Source: a virus. From it: 64,000 nt of DNA. The notes beneath the pieces are model-generated. The model searched no databases, was not told the origin of the DNA, and saw nothing but the letters and a program-made list of their open reading frames with translations. Location: IMG/VR virus record IMGVR_UViG_3300026292_000623, positions 1-64,000 of that record. One strand, 5' to 3'. Numbering within the stretch: the stretch's first letter is position 1; every line of letters starts with the position of its first letter. This document shows, piece after piece, positions 9,078 to 19,464 of the stretch. Made by a program: the position numbers and the translations under genes.

Positions 9078-10391
9078 TTATCTTTCCTCTATATCTAAAT
9101 ATTTCAAATCTTCACCAAAATGTTTCCAGTTCTGACTTAAACCATGCTTCTTTAGCATTAACTCTTTTGTCAGATGCTGATTATCTAGATTTCCTTTTTC
9201 GTCTATATAAAATCTTGCAACATCAAGCATTCTGCCCATAGGACTTTTTCTTGCTGGTGGGTTACTGTTTTCCCAATCGTCCCATCTTTTTTTAATTCTA
9301 TTTTTTGTTTCCTGACTTAGATTTCTAAAATCTATATATGTATTTGATTCTTCATACTTTGAACTTAATATTGGATTTACATTAAACCAGTCTATTTGTT
9401 TATCACCTACTTTATCATATAACCAATCTGCTATATCAGTTATTTGTCCTATGTTTAATGCAGTCATGACTGTATTACTACTAAACTCAATATTTATTTC
9501 ATTTGCTAACTCTCTGTACCTATTAGTATTATCTTCTATCTGTTGCCATTTATATTTTCCTGGTCGTTGTAGTGTAACTTTTTCTCCTACTCCGTCAAGA
9601 CTAAAAATAATAATTATTTTTCCAATCTTTTTCCAAGATTCAATTACCCTTTTACTAGGAAAGTGACTAGCATTAGTATGATATTCTATTGCTAGATTTT
9701 TTGGATTCTCATTTTGTTGAATAACTTTTTCTAACAAGTCATCATGTTTGTGTTCCAGCATAGGTTCACCACCAACAAATTTTAGATAACGTAATTCAGA
9801 TAAATCATCATTTATATTATCATTAGATTCGTGAAAACCTTTTGGAATCTTTGTCTTAGGATTCTGTATACTAAAAATTGTACTACTGGCTTGAGGTCCG
9901 CACATAATACAAGCCATATTACAAAGACTGCTTATTCCTGTTTCTAAGTATCTTATTTTTGAAGGCCCTGGTGTAGTATCTCTGGTTTCTACTTTTACAT
10001 CAATATTTAATCTAGGAAGACTTCCTCTAACTAATTGATCACCATTGGCTTCTGCTATAAGTAAATCATTTTCCATACCCCAACATTTTCCACATTGGTA
10101 TGGTTTTTTACCTTCACTCATTTGTTTTCTTATACCAGTAAAATATTCACCTTCTCTGGCTTGTTTTAATCCGTCTCGAATATGAGGAGCATCATCATTT
10201 TTTGTTCTAGGGCCAAAAAATCTGCAACATGGCATAACTTCACCACTAGGTCCTACTGCGGCACCAGCCCAAAGATATGCACAATAACTTGCAGTAGGCA
10301 AGTCTGCTAATCTTTCTTTGATAGTCTTTGGGACTAACTTTCCATCTACTACAATATGTCGAGTTCTATTCTGTTCCATCTTTTGGCTCAT
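9078..10391 (-). CDS. radical SAM protein with N-terminal twitch/SPASM-like domain
   Basis: YCAYLW..PCC..CGKC; CNMACIMC; GGEP. Confidence 0.85.
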   Translation of the reverse strand: MSQKMEQNRTRHIVVDGKLVPKTIKERLADLPTASYCAYLWAGAAVGPSGEVMPCCRFFGPRTKNDDAPHIRDGLKQAREGEYFTGIRKQMSEGKKPYQCGKCWGMENDLLIAEANGDQLVRGSLPRLNIDVKVETRDTTPGPSKIRYLETGISSLCNMACIMCGPQASSTIFSIQNPKTKIPKGFHESNDNINDDLSELRYLKFVGGEPMLEHKHDDLLEKVIQQNENPKNLAIEYHTNASHFPSKRVIESWKKIGKIIIIFSLDGVGEKVTLQRPGKYKWQQIEDNTNRYRELANEINIEFSSNTVMTALNIGQITDIADWLYDKVGDKQIDWFNVNPILSSKYEESNTYIDFRNLSQETKNRIKKRWDDWENSNPPARKSPMGRMLDVARFYIDEKGNLDNQHLTKELMLKKHGLSQNWKHFGEDLKYLDIEER

Positions 10392-11796
10392 CTAGTAAGT
10401 AAGCCATTTCAGGAAATGTTGCACGGAAATCCGTGCCACGAAGTTTATCTAGTTTTTTAATGTATTCTCTAAACTCAGGAAGCCTACGGGTCCAGTCTTC
10501 ACTTTTAGCAAACTTAATCATGCCACGTAAACGTTTAATTCCATAACTAGCTTCTAACCATTTTTCATAAGGTACTTTGCCTTTGTGCCAGCTTGGAACA
10601 CCTAGTTCCCAATTCTTCTTCCACCATTCAATAAACTCTTCATACTTGGCTTCAGTCTTATCTAAAAACTCTCTTGGTAATACTTTAACATTCAAATGTC
10701 CTGGCCAATATACAAAGTGATAATTAATACCACCTGCACCAAATGGCCACATATTAGTTTTCTTTAGTCCGCTTTCCTGAAGTTTCCATTTAAGGAAATC
10801 TGGAATATAATGAATGTTTAAAGCATTAACTGCACAGGCAATAGTTACTTCTACATTATTCGAAGTCATTGTATCCAAACGTTTGAACTGTTTTAAATTA
10901 TGTTCCCACTCACTTGGATATCTTATATAATCATTCATAGCACCGATACTATCAACACTATAATGCATACGAACTTTTTGAAAATGTTTCCATTGCTCAA
11001 GTAACCTATCTGGTAACTCAATACAGTTTGAATTGTAACGCACTTCAATTTGGTGTGCGTAACCCATTTCAATAACTTTATCTAAGATCTCATAATGCTC
11101 TTCAATAACAGTTGATTCTCCACCTGCAAAATATAATTGTCTAATATATGGAATCTGTTTCCAAAACTGATCCCAAAATTTTGGATTGTCTTTGTGCCAA
11201 TTATAACTTGCTTCAAATTCTCTACCTTTTTTCTCCCATACCATAGTATCTTTGAGTGTTTTATTTTCAATTTGTGGGTGTAATGCTTTCCAGTCTTTAA
11301 CCCAACCACTCGAGTCATGTGGGCTACACATAACACAGGCTAGTTGACATTTAGTTCCCATACGTATATCAATATAACGAAGTTTACTGTCAGTACTTCC
11401 ATCTTCGTATGTTTCTCTTTTTAATTGTTCTATGTCAATCCCGTCTTTAATCCAGTAGTCCGTTTCCCATTGTCGCTTACTCCTATGTCCTGCGGCCTCT
11501 TCCTTGTAGCACTTTAAACAACTTGCCGGTTTGTCGCCTTCCATCATCATCTTACGTACACTTCTCATATAAGAATTATTCCAGCTACTATCTAAATCTG
11601 AATTATTTAAGTTGGCAGGTCTGCCATCTTCTAGTTTCAAAACTCCAACACGACCACCATGCTTTTTGTCGTTTGTAGCACCTACCGAACTTGCATTCGC
11701 GGTACAACATACTCTCATACTTCCATCTGGTCTCGTTGATAAATGAATCCATGGTAGGATACAAAAAGTATCCGAGGGTAACTTATTATCTGACAT
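10366..11796 (-). CDS. radical SAM protein with N-terminal twitch/SPASM-like domain
   Basis: FCILPW..RVCC..CLKC; CQLACVMC; AGGE; likely start MSDNK. Confidence 0.85.
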   Translation of the reverse strand: MSDNKLPSDTFCILPWIHLSTRPDGSMRVCCTANASSVGATNDKKHGGRVGVLKLEDGRPANLNNSDLDSSWNNSYMRSVRKMMMEGDKPASCLKCYKEEAAGHRSKRQWETDYWIKDGIDIEQLKRETYEDGSTDSKLRYIDIRMGTKCQLACVMCSPHDSSGWVKDWKALHPQIENKTLKDTMVWEKKGREFEASYNWHKDNPKFWDQFWKQIPYIRQLYFAGGESTVIEEHYEILDKVIEMGYAHQIEVRYNSNCIELPDRLLEQWKHFQKVRMHYSVDSIGAMNDYIRYPSEWEHNLKQFKRLDTMTSNNVEVTIACAVNALNIHYIPDFLKWKLQESGLKKTNMWPFGAGGINYHFVYWPGHLNVKVLPREFLDKTEAKYEEFIEWWKKNWELGVPSWHKGKVPYEKWLEASYGIKRLRGMIKFAKSEDWTRRLPEFREYIKKLDKLRGTDFRATFPEMAYLLDEPKDGTE

Positions 11797-11855
11797 TATT
11801 TTTCCTTTGTGCAAGTTCGTCTGCACCGTACTTTGTATTTATCATTGATTTGTGG

Positions 11856-12560
11856 TTAAATAATATATGTAGTTTCTACAGATCCTTTATTTACTAGTTC
11901 CCAAGTTTCGTCTGTAGCATTGCCTGTTAACTGCAAACAAGGGCGTTTACGCCAACTTCCGTTCCAAGTTAAATGAGGTAGTGTACTCCACTCCCACGTG
12001 AATATAGTACCTGCTTTCCATTGTGTATATACACGATTACCAAATTGAAATATCTGTCCTGGCTCCCAATCTTCCATAGGAATTAGGAACCTTATTTTGT
12101 TATCGTTTTGATATTTAAAATCAGGATTATCAATAACTCGTTCAGCACGTGGATTACCTGGTAAGTTATCTATATGCCACATAAGCTGATCATTAGGATA
12201 TTGATCATTAAACTTACAGGTAAGTTTATCATCTTTGTTAAATTTTAAAAAATCTGTAATTTTTGTAAATGTAGGGAATTCGCCTGGAAACTTATCAAAG
12301 TTCACTTTACGGAACATAGTGGCTTCTGGTTTGCCATCTGGGTTCTCTTTATCTTCTTCTACGTGATCTTGGCTTTTTTTGTTAGCGGCGTGTTCGTATC
12401 TTTGTTCGTTGTAGTTTTGATTCTGTACACCTTTAGATCTAGCTAACTCTATTTCATCTGTCCAGTCGCCTACAAAACGACCTATAATTTTTACATATTC
12501 GCCCTCTTTATCTTCTCTGAATTTATCAAAGTGCCAAGGGCTTTTAAAAGGTGATCCCAT
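11856..12560 (-). CDS. Fe(II)/2OG oxygenase-like (cupin; Asp/Asn beta-hydroxylase-like)
   Basis: WHID (HxD), RFLIPMEDWEPG, W.AG..F.W...PH.T.N, R..LQLTG. Confidence 0.65.
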   Translation of the reverse strand: MGSPFKSPWHFDKFREDKEGEYVKIIGRFVGDWTDEIELARSKGVQNQNYNEQRYEHAANKKSQDHVEEDKENPDGKPEATMFRKVNFDKFPGEFPTFTKITDFLKFNKDDKLTCKFNDQYPNDQLMWHIDNLPGNPRAERVIDNPDFKYQNDNKIRFLIPMEDWEPGQIFQFGNRVYTQWKAGTIFTWEWSTLPHLTWNGSWRKRPCLQLTGNATDETWELVNKGSVETTYII

Positions 12561-13232
12561 TTATCTCTCCGGAATTGTTGCTGATGCAATATAAACATCT
12601 GAATGCTTATGTTTATTTACCTCTGCATACTCCAAAGATTTATCTAGGTTAAATGAATTCCAATTTTTAAATAGTTCTGTATTCCACGGTTTAAAGTCTA
12701 ATCCTTTACGTATTGCAAAGTCTGTAATATTAGAACTTTCTCTCCATAGTAGTTCCCACATTCTATCGTAGTTTTTATATCCTGGTCTATAGTCTGGATA
12801 GTGTGTTTCATCAAAGCACATAACTTCACTCCACCAAGCGAAGCTTTTTTGTGGTTCTCTATAAACTAATATAATTTTATCACCTGGGAAATGATTCCAT
12901 ATGTAATCTAAATTAAAGTGCCTAGCAAATACATGGCCTTTAATAATACGATATCCTTGTCCAGAAAATACCCCATTTATGTCATCTATTAATTTGTGTG
13001 GTTTGAAAAAATTAAAGTCTTCCCAATCTTCACCACAGCCCATACCCGGACCCCAATAACTACCACGATGTCCATTGTTGGAATCATTTGGATCTACTGG
13101 TCTATGATATTGAGTTCTTTCTGGAGTTTCGTCTGTACGATCACAAGATAAGATAGAGCGAAGTTGAATATCTAGTCCGCTCCATCTAGATCCTGGTATA
13201 CCGCATAGCCATACATTTATATTATTTGTCAA
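12561..13232 (-). CDS. sulfotransferase-like P-loop protein
   Basis: GIPGSRWS loop, IIKGH, IILVYREP pattern. Confidence 0.45.
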   Translation of the reverse strand: MTNNINVWLCGIPGSRWSGLDIQLRSILSCDRTDETPERTQYHRPVDPNDSNNGHRGSYWGPGMGCGEDWEDFNFFKPHKLIDDINGVFSGQGYRIIKGHVFARHFNLDYIWNHFPGDKIILVYREPQKSFAWWSEVMCFDETHYPDYRPGYKNYDRMWELLWRESSNITDFAIRKGLDFKPWNTELFKNWNSFNLDKSLEYAEVNKHKHSDVYIASATIPER

Positions 13233-13518
13233 AATGTTTTCCTAAAAATCCGGTAACGCCATTCATCACGTCTGATTTAATTGCGTCATAATCTAATTTA
13301 AGATTAATTTTTGACATAGAGTCAACTGTCAAGGCTTTTAAGATATCATCTTTTGGAGATTCTTCTTTTATTTTTTTAAGATCTTCTTGAGTCAGTACAA
13401 CCTTCTCACCGGTAGCTAGGTTTATTTGAACCTCTTTAATATACTCTGCTGGTATATGGTCCATAGATACCTGATCAAAGATCAGATCAAAAGATCTATC
13501 TTTTCGTTCAATCGGCAT
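13222..13518 (-). CDS. hypothetical protein
   Basis: Intact ORF in operon with RBS. Confidence 0.6.
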   Translation of the reverse strand: MPIERKDRSFDLIFDQVSMDHIPAEYIKEVQINLATGEKVVLTQEDLKKIKEESPKDDILKALTVDSMSKINLKLDYDAIKSDVMNGVTGFLGKHFDK

Positions 13519-13540
13519 TTTTGCCCGCCTTCTTGTTTAA

Positions 13541-14170
13541 TTATTCAGCTGGCTCTTCAACTTTAGCCTCAGTCTTCTTTGGTCCTGGTTTTAAACCTGG
13601 TGCCAATTCATAGGCCTGAGATTTAAGATTTTTAGCTTCAACTTCAAATGATTTAGCTTGAGCTAATAAATTCTTAGCCATCTGTGTATCATCTAAAGCT
13701 TCGCCTTGTGTTGAAGGTGCTTCAGCAACTGGTGCAGGAGCGGCCTGATCAGCCTTAACTTCCTTACCTGCCATTGGTGTTTCATCCGATGGAGGTGCTA
13801 CTACTGGTGCGTTTTTAGTTTCTTCGCGAACAATATTATTAATTTCAGTTAAGCCTACTGCAACTTCTGCATTAGGTGTCATTAAAACATTGTCTGTAGG
13901 TTGTTTCATAAGTCTGTTTGTCTTATGAAGTGTTTGAAGCATATTAGTACCATCTGCCATTACTGATCTCTCAGCATACTCGTAGAAGTTAGGACTTGCT
14001 TGAGCACCTGGTGCTTCTACTGCATTGATTACATCATCATGCATCCAATCTGGAAGTGCATCAGTATCTACAACCAAACAACTTTTTGGATCATCTGGTA
14101 GTTCTCTGAATACAACTACAACTTTTTTCTGCGTGTTGGCCAATTTACCAACGTGTTTAGTATTTCTCAT
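13541..14170 (-). CDS. hypothetical phage protein
   Basis: Likely start MRNTKHVG after GGAG; Ala/Pro-rich linker. Confidence 0.65.
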   Translation of the reverse strand: MRNTKHVGKLANTQKKVVVVFRELPDDPKSCLVVDTDALPDWMHDDVINAVEAPGAQASPNFYEYAERSVMADGTNMLQTLHKTNRLMKQPTDNVLMTPNAEVAVGLTEINNIVREETKNAPVVAPPSDETPMAGKEVKADQAAPAPVAEAPSTQGEALDDTQMAKNLLAQAKSFEVEAKNLKSQAYELAPGLKPGPKKTEAKVEEPAE

Positions 14171-14174
14171 TCTA

Positions 14175-14417
14175 TTACTCCTTTGCCGGAGTTTCTGCAG
14201 GTGCATCAGCTTTATCTTTTGCTTTTGCATCTTCAGGTGTTTCCGGAGTATTTGCTTTAATAAAAGCTACTAGCTTTTCAAAACATTTTCCAACTTGACC
14301 TGCTTCAGCGGCTTTAAATGCACCACGTTGTGTAGCAAGATCAATGATATTAGCTGAAAGAACAATGTCTTGGATAGACAATGTTACAGATTCAGCATTT
14401 TTCTTTTCTTCTGCCAT
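14175..14417 (-). CDS. hypothetical phage protein
   Basis: GGAG RBS and ATAAATA motif upstream. Confidence 0.65.
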   Translation of the reverse strand: MAEEKKNAESVTLSIQDIVLSANIIDLATQRGAFKAAEAGQVGKCFEKLVAFIKANTPETPEDAKAKDKADAPAETPAKE

Positions 14418-14456
14418 TTTAATCTCCTTTGATTAATAATTAACTACTATGTTTAT

Positions 14457-14789
14457 TTATGCCGGCTCGTGTGCGGTATCTGCTAATTTGCTAACATAAA
14501 GGTTCTTTTTGAACTGTTCAATGTCTTCGGGTAGCTCAAACCATAGTTGGTATATATGTTTCACCTTATCTAAAGGTTTAATATGATACAACCCAGAAAT
14601 ATTATCAACTAATGATTTCCAGGATATATCTTCATTGTTGGTAACAATTACTACTCTATTCCTAACCATCTTTTCTAGCAATGGAGTACCTTTAAGTAAC
14701 TCTATATCTGAAGTACTTAAACTATTACCATTTGGTACTAATTTTATTTTACTTTCAGTCTTAGCTTGTTGCTTCTTTACTAATCCCAT
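14457..14789 (-). CDS. hypothetical protein
   Basis: Intact ORF in operon. Confidence 0.55.
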   Translation of the reverse strand: MGLVKKQQAKTESKIKLVPNGNSLSTSDIELLKGTPLLEKMVRNRVVIVTNNEDISWKSLVDNISGLYHIKPLDKVKHIYQLWFELPEDIEQFKKNLYVSKLADTAHEPA

Positions 14790-14804
14790 ATAGTACCTTT
14801 TTCT

Positions 14805-15011
14805 TTACTGTTTTTTTAACTGAACAGCCACAGGACCTTTTTTGCCATCTTCAACTTCAAACTCAAGACTATCACCTTCTTGTAGTGATTCAATTCCTGA
14901 ATCTTTTACTGCTGAAATATGTACAAAGATATCCTTCTCTTCGCCGTCAACGGCAATAAAACCAAAACCTTTAGTTCCATTAAACCATTTTACTTTACCT
15001 TGTTTACTCAT
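14805..15011 (-). CDS. cspA: cold-shock protein
   Basis: GKVKWFN..KGFGFI (RNP1), DIFVHIS (RNP2), 68 aa. Confidence 0.95.
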   Translation of the reverse strand: MSKQGKVKWFNGTKGFGFIAVDGEEKDIFVHISAVKDSGIESLQEGDSLEFEVEDGKKGPVAVQLKKQ

Positions 15012-15023
15012 ATTTTCCTTTTC

Positions 15024-16199
15024 TTATGCCGCTTCGTAATGTACTGTTACACCAAATGGTGCTTTAATTCTTTTTTGCTTATCACTATGGATTACAAAAA
15101 GTGAATCACAGTAGTCTGGGTTTCCCCAACTCTCCCAAGGGTATCCGTCTGTGAACATGACTAACTGATCTGGATTGATGTCGTTCAATTCCATATAGTT
15201 ATAAACTGCATCAAAGTCAGTTCCACCACCACCTTCAAGTCGGTAGTCGCTCATAGTTCGTCCATCATCACTATGGAATTCTTCAACACCATAAACCTTA
15301 GTGTCAAATTGCATAATAGTAACATTATAGCTATTATACTGATCCATAATACCCTGTACTTCAGATAGGAAGTCACGAAGCATATCTTGACTTATACTTC
15401 CTGAAGTATCTAATGCAATCGCTATATTCAATTGCTCGTCCTTATTCATACCAGGAAAAATAACTTCTCCTGACCTTTTACTTGGACGCATAAAAGTAAA
15501 ATCGTTTTTAAGAGAACTTTCTAATTGTGTTCTAAGAATATCTCTCCAATCCATTTTAGGAGCAACTAATTCGTTAATCATTCTCTTAACAGAATCAGGC
15601 ACGTCCATTCCAGCATTTTGTGCCGCTTGGATTGCCGCTTGTTTAATTTCGTCTGCTAGTGCTTTCTTTTCTTCTTCACTTAATTCAGCACCTAAACCTT
15701 TACCACCTTCGCCATCTTCATCACCTGGTTTAATCTCTTCCAAGTGTACATCCATACCTTTAGCATCTTTTTTATTTGCTTTAAGATGGTCATAAATCTC
15801 ATAACTGTTCCAACCTTGATATTTCCAATCAAGACAAATTTTGCCACCACCTAGTTTATCTTCTGTAATTGGTTCACCTACATTTTGTTCAACTAGTGTC
15901 ATATTAATATTATAATCAGCCGCCGCATTATATAATTGCGGTTCTCTATCTCCTCTTGCCTGCATATGATCAAATACACAATGCAGTACTTCGTGACCCA
16001 CTAAAAAGTCTAACATAGGATCTGTTAAACTATTTACAAACTCACGATTAAAAAGAAACTTTCTACCATCTGTTGCCGCAGTAGGAAGATAATCAGCTTC
16101 TTCAATTTTTAATCTAACAGCCAATTGCCCAAAAAACGGTTTAGTTAATAGCAATCTAACTCTAGATTGTGTAATTCTTTCTTCAGCAGTTTTAATCAT
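15024..16199 (-). CDS. DUF2201-type metallopeptidase-like / vWA protein (MoxR partner)
   Basis: TAATDG, HEVLH (HExxH), MIDAS DTSGS, GGGTDF, FTDG. Confidence 0.85.
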   Translation of the reverse strand: MIKTAEERITQSRVRLLLTKPFFGQLAVRLKIEEADYLPTAATDGRKFLFNREFVNSLTDPMLDFLVGHEVLHCVFDHMQARGDREPQLYNAAADYNINMTLVEQNVGEPITEDKLGGGKICLDWKYQGWNSYEIYDHLKANKKDAKGMDVHLEEIKPGDEDGEGGKGLGAELSEEEKKALADEIKQAAIQAAQNAGMDVPDSVKRMINELVAPKMDWRDILRTQLESSLKNDFTFMRPSKRSGEVIFPGMNKDEQLNIAIALDTSGSISQDMLRDFLSEVQGIMDQYNSYNVTIMQFDTKVYGVEEFHSDDGRTMSDYRLEGGGGTDFDAVYNYMELNDINPDQLVMFTDGYPWESWGNPDYCDSLFVIHSDKQKRIKAPFGVTVHYEAA

Positions 16200-16229
16200 C
16201 TTTATGTCCCTTATCTAACTTATAACTAT

Positions 16230-16258
16230 ATAATACTATCTTTACCAACATATGTCAA
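16230..16258 (-). promoter_or_regulatory. sigma70-type promoter
   Basis: TTGACA-17 nt-TATTAT upstream of vWA gene. Confidence 0.7.
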
Positions 16259-16596
16259 CCTTTATGTGACAATTTAAATACCATTGCATCTGGTTGGTTT
16301 TTAAAGAAAACTCTATCATTTTCGATATGAAAATCTTGGTGATAAAAGTGTTTTCTACAAAATTTAGTTATCCAAGTCTTATGTCCTTTACTATATAATG
16401 GAATAATTTCGCAGTTTTTCATCCATTCTTTCTTGTATTTACTAATATCACTAGCACTATAATCTTTAAATTCTAATCCGTATAATCTAATATTAGTTCT
16501 CTGCCTTGGGGTGAATTGGGAGAGATCTATTGTCTCTCCCTCTTTTAATTTAGGCGTCAAGTACGAGTCTACCATATCGGTTAAAGTACTCATCAA
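16255..16596 (-). CDS. hypothetical protein
   Basis: ORF between MoxR and vWA genes; C-terminal FKNQPDAMVFKL motif. Confidence 0.55.
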   Translation of the reverse strand: MMSTLTDMVDSYLTPKLKEGETIDLSQFTPRQRTNIRLYGLEFKDYSASDISKYKKEWMKNCEIIPLYSKGHKTWITKFCRKHFYHQDFHIENDRVFFKNQPDAMVFKLSHKG

Positions 16597-17674
16597 ACCT
16601 CTCTATTTTTTGTTGCTTAGGTACCAACTTGTATTGTTGCATTGCTATTCTAGAAGCCATAACAACCATTTCAGTTTCAAAGTTATCCATCATAAAGCTG
16701 ATGAAGTTTGAGAAACTTTTATGGTACTTGTCCATAACTTTAGAACTAGCACCTGCTTTTTCACCAGCTATAAATCTATCTCTCAACTCATAACATAGTG
16801 ATGTAGCAAGAGCATACATAGCTGATACTTCAGTGTTCTCAACTTTTTTAATTTTAGCATCTAACACATCTTCAGGAACAGGAAGGTCTCCTGCTATTTT
16901 TCTATGAGCCATAAACTTGACAGCAACACCTTCTCCTACACAACCTGCAACCATATCTGTTTGTAGGCTTTCAGAAAGTTCATCACCATCTTCTAGTAAT
17001 TCTGAAGTAAATGTCCAAGCCCTTGGTGTAGCAAATCCACGTGAACTTGATTGTGGATCAAAGTTATAAAGATCACCTTTAGCAAATGAAAGGTATCCAA
17101 CTACATCTGGGTTAACATTATTATGAACTGCCCAATTTAACCAATCTTGGAAATCAACACGTAGTTCAAAGTGTACGAATCTATTCTCAAGTGGCTTAGG
17201 CATTCTATAAGTAACACCTTTGTCAGTCTCTCTATTACCAGCGGCAATTAAAACTACATTGTCTGGCAACACATACTGACCAATTCGTCTATTAAGGATT
17301 AACTGATAACCTGCGGCTTGTACACTAGGAGCGGCAGAGTTCATCTCGTCTAAGAAAACGATAACAGTATCAAACTGTTTCGCAAATTCTTCTGAAGGTA
17401 AATCAGCTGGTGGTAACCAAACCATTTTACCATTTTTTAAATCTGGAGCTGGATAACCTCTAAGGTCAGTTGGCTCAAATAAAGCAAGTCTCATATCAAC
17501 AACGTGAGTCTTACCTAATGCACCAGAATCTCCAATACCTTGGATTAATTCTGATTTACCAATTCCTGGAGGGCCCCATAAAAATACAGGTCTCTTCTTT
17601 TTAAAAGCCCTAGTAATCAAAGTAGTGGCTTCGCTAATTTTTACAGTTCTTGTATCTGATATCGCAGTTTGCAT
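16550..17674 (-). CDS. MoxR-family AAA+ ATPase
   Basis: Walker A GPPGIGKS, Walker B VFLDE, AAGN, LENRF; likely start MQTAISD. Confidence 0.9.
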   Translation of the reverse strand: MQTAISDTRTVKISEATTLITRAFKKKRPVFLWGPPGIGKSELIQGIGDSGALGKTHVVDMRLALFEPTDLRGYPAPDLKNGKMVWLPPADLPSEEFAKQFDTVIVFLDEMNSAAPSVQAAGYQLILNRRIGQYVLPDNVVLIAAGNRETDKGVTYRMPKPLENRFVHFELRVDFQDWLNWAVHNNVNPDVVGYLSFAKGDLYNFDPQSSSRGFATPRAWTFTSELLEDGDELSESLQTDMVAGCVGEGVAVKFMAHRKIAGDLPVPEDVLDAKIKKVENTEVSAMYALATSLCYELRDRFIAGEKAGASSKVMDKYHKSFSNFISFMMDNFETEMVVMASRIAMQQYKLVPKQQKIERFDEYFNRYGRLVLDA

Positions 17675-17718
17675 TTTTTGTCCTTCTTCTAAGTTTGCTT
17701 TCTTTGGCATATAATATT

Positions 17719-17747
17719 ATAATAAGATATCTTACTTATTCTGTCAA
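17719..17747 (-). promoter_or_regulatory. sigma70-type promoter containing palindrome TAAGATATCTTA
   Basis: TTGACA-17 nt-TATTAT. Confidence 0.7.
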
Positions 17748-17751
17748 CCTT

Positions 17752-17919
17752 TTATTTTTGTGTTACTGTAGGTAGTGACCAAATCATCATTGCAATTCCA
17801 AAAATTGCAAATCCAAAAAATCCAGTCCAATTATCATTCATTGGGATTCCATTGTATCCACCGTCAATACAACCTACTGCTAAAATTAAACTAAAAAGTC
17901 CTAAAGTAAATCTAATCAT
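17752..17919 (-). CDS. small two-helix membrane protein (55 aa)
   Basis: Hand-translated MIRFTLGLFSLILAVGCIDGG...GFFGFAIFGIAMMIWSLPTVTQK; AAGGAG RBS and own promoter; not in ORF track. Confidence 0.7.
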   Translation of the reverse strand: MIRFTLGLFSLILAVGCIDGGYNGIPMNDNWTGFFGFAIFGIAMMIWSLPTVTQK

Positions 17920-17955
17920 ATTTTTTATATCTCCTTTGTTTCTAACTATACTATT

Positions 17956-17984
17956 ATAATACAGTAAGACGTCTTGATTGTCAA
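17956..17984 (-). promoter_or_regulatory. sigma70-type promoter containing palindrome AAGACGTCTT
   Basis: TTGACA-17 nt-TATTAT. Confidence 0.7.
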
Positions 17985-18007
17985 CCTTTTATGCAAAAAA
18001 AGATCAT

Positions 18008-18036
18008 AAAAAAACCCTTGATTTACAAGGGTTTTT
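18008..18036 (-). terminator. intrinsic terminator (possibly bidirectional)
   Basis: AAAACCCTTG-attta-CAAGGGTTTT hairpin flanked by A/T runs, just after the 18061 stop. Confidence 0.7.
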
Positions 18037-18060
18037 AAATTAATTTAAATTATTTTTGTA

Positions 18061-19452
18061 TTAATTCATACATTTTGGCTCAAATCCAAAGTTTCTGTCT
18101 ACAAAATAAGCTGATTTTTTAGATTTCCACATTCCATCATCTGCAACTATAGTATGATCTCTATCTGTATAATTCTCAATTAACCAGTCTAATGATATAG
18201 CCATTTGGTGTGTATGATATGCTGAATCACCTTCATCTGTTGTCATATTTCCTGCCTTAACTGAATCTTTACGTTTTCTATACTTTTTAACATCTGTAAG
18301 ACCTAAGTTAAGTACATCTACAGTTTTATCTATTTTTTTCTTTAATTTTTTTGGAAATTTATAACCCCATAGTTCAGCTATAGCATAAATTCCTAGCAAA
18401 TTGTTTACACCTTTTGAATGATACCATACATCTCTAACACCTCTAAAACTATTATTATGAATATATCCATCATTGTATATAATACTATCAGCTTTAGCAA
18501 CTACTTTGTCAAACCATTTTGTTGCTTCTTCTGGTTTATCTTTCCAGGCTAGATATGACAATACAGAAACAGTTCCATCTGCCATTTGGTAAAAACCTCT
18601 TGATCCACTTGCTAATTCTTTTGTAGCCCAAGGTTTAACATAGTCTTTCCATAGTGCATCAATATACTTGTCAACAATTTTAAATTGTTCGTCAGTAAAT
18701 TGATCTTTCATCAAATATGCTTGTTGCATATATTGACCTCCAAATATTTGGACTTCTTGTGGTTTATGTGAAGCACAAGGAGCATCTCCCTTACCTTTTC
18801 CTCCACCATAACAACTTTTAATTTTACCTTGTTTTTTCATCTCGCTGATTTCTGCGTCAGTCCACGTATTTAACATTACACCGGCTTTTGCCCAAGCTAC
18901 CATAACTTCTGCAATAATTGGACCGTGTTCTTCCATTTTGTTGTTTACTATTGCATAAACAATAGTTCCGTGTAATAGTGCCATTCTATTAGAATGTTTT
19001 TCGTGATTAACACTTACACTATCTGATCTTGAAGTATGATCTTTATTCCAATCATATTCAACAAGTTCCATTAAATGATCTAGATTATTTCCTTGAAGCT
19101 CAGGATTTCTTGCATTGCTCACGTGTGTTATAGCAAGATCCATTTCCCAATATGTTTTGCCCCAACTTCCATAACCGTGAACACCTTCTAATGAACAAGT
19201 GTCTTTTGTAAGTTCATTTGCAAAGAAATATTTTGGAATAACAATATTATTCTTTGATGTTGATGACATTGCTTTAGCTGGTGTACTGCAACCTACTAAT
19301 GCTAATATAATTAAAATAAAAAGAATACCTTTGAAAAAAGATACCCAATAGATACCATAGTGAGACATACCCACTCTTTTCCTAAAAGCCTCACAATAAG
19401 ACTTGTGCCACTTAATAATTTGATCCATAATATTTTCTCCGTTTATCATCAT
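18061..19452 (-). CDS. membrane-anchored alginate-lyase-like (alpha/alpha barrel) protein
   Basis: Hydrophobic N-terminus with possible lipobox LVGC; RGVRDVWYH resembles the RG..A..YH motif of PL5-type lyases. Confidence 0.5.
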   Translation of the reverse strand: MMINGENIMDQIIKWHKSYCEAFRKRVGMSHYGIYWVSFFKGILFILIILALVGCSTPAKAMSSTSKNNIVIPKYFFANELTKDTCSLEGVHGYGSWGKTYWEMDLAITHVSNARNPELQGNNLDHLMELVEYDWNKDHTSRSDSVSVNHEKHSNRMALLHGTIVYAIVNNKMEEHGPIIAEVMVAWAKAGVMLNTWTDAEISEMKKQGKIKSCYGGGKGKGDAPCASHKPQEVQIFGGQYMQQAYLMKDQFTDEQFKIVDKYIDALWKDYVKPWATKELASGSRGFYQMADGTVSVLSYLAWKDKPEEATKWFDKVVAKADSIIYNDGYIHNNSFRGVRDVWYHSKGVNNLLGIYAIAELWGYKFPKKLKKKIDKTVDVLNLGLTDVKKYRKRKDSVKAGNMTTDEGDSAYHTHQMAISLDWLIENYTDRDHTIVADDGMWKSKKSAYFVDRNFGFEPKCMN

Positions 19453-19464
19453 AATAATACGTAT

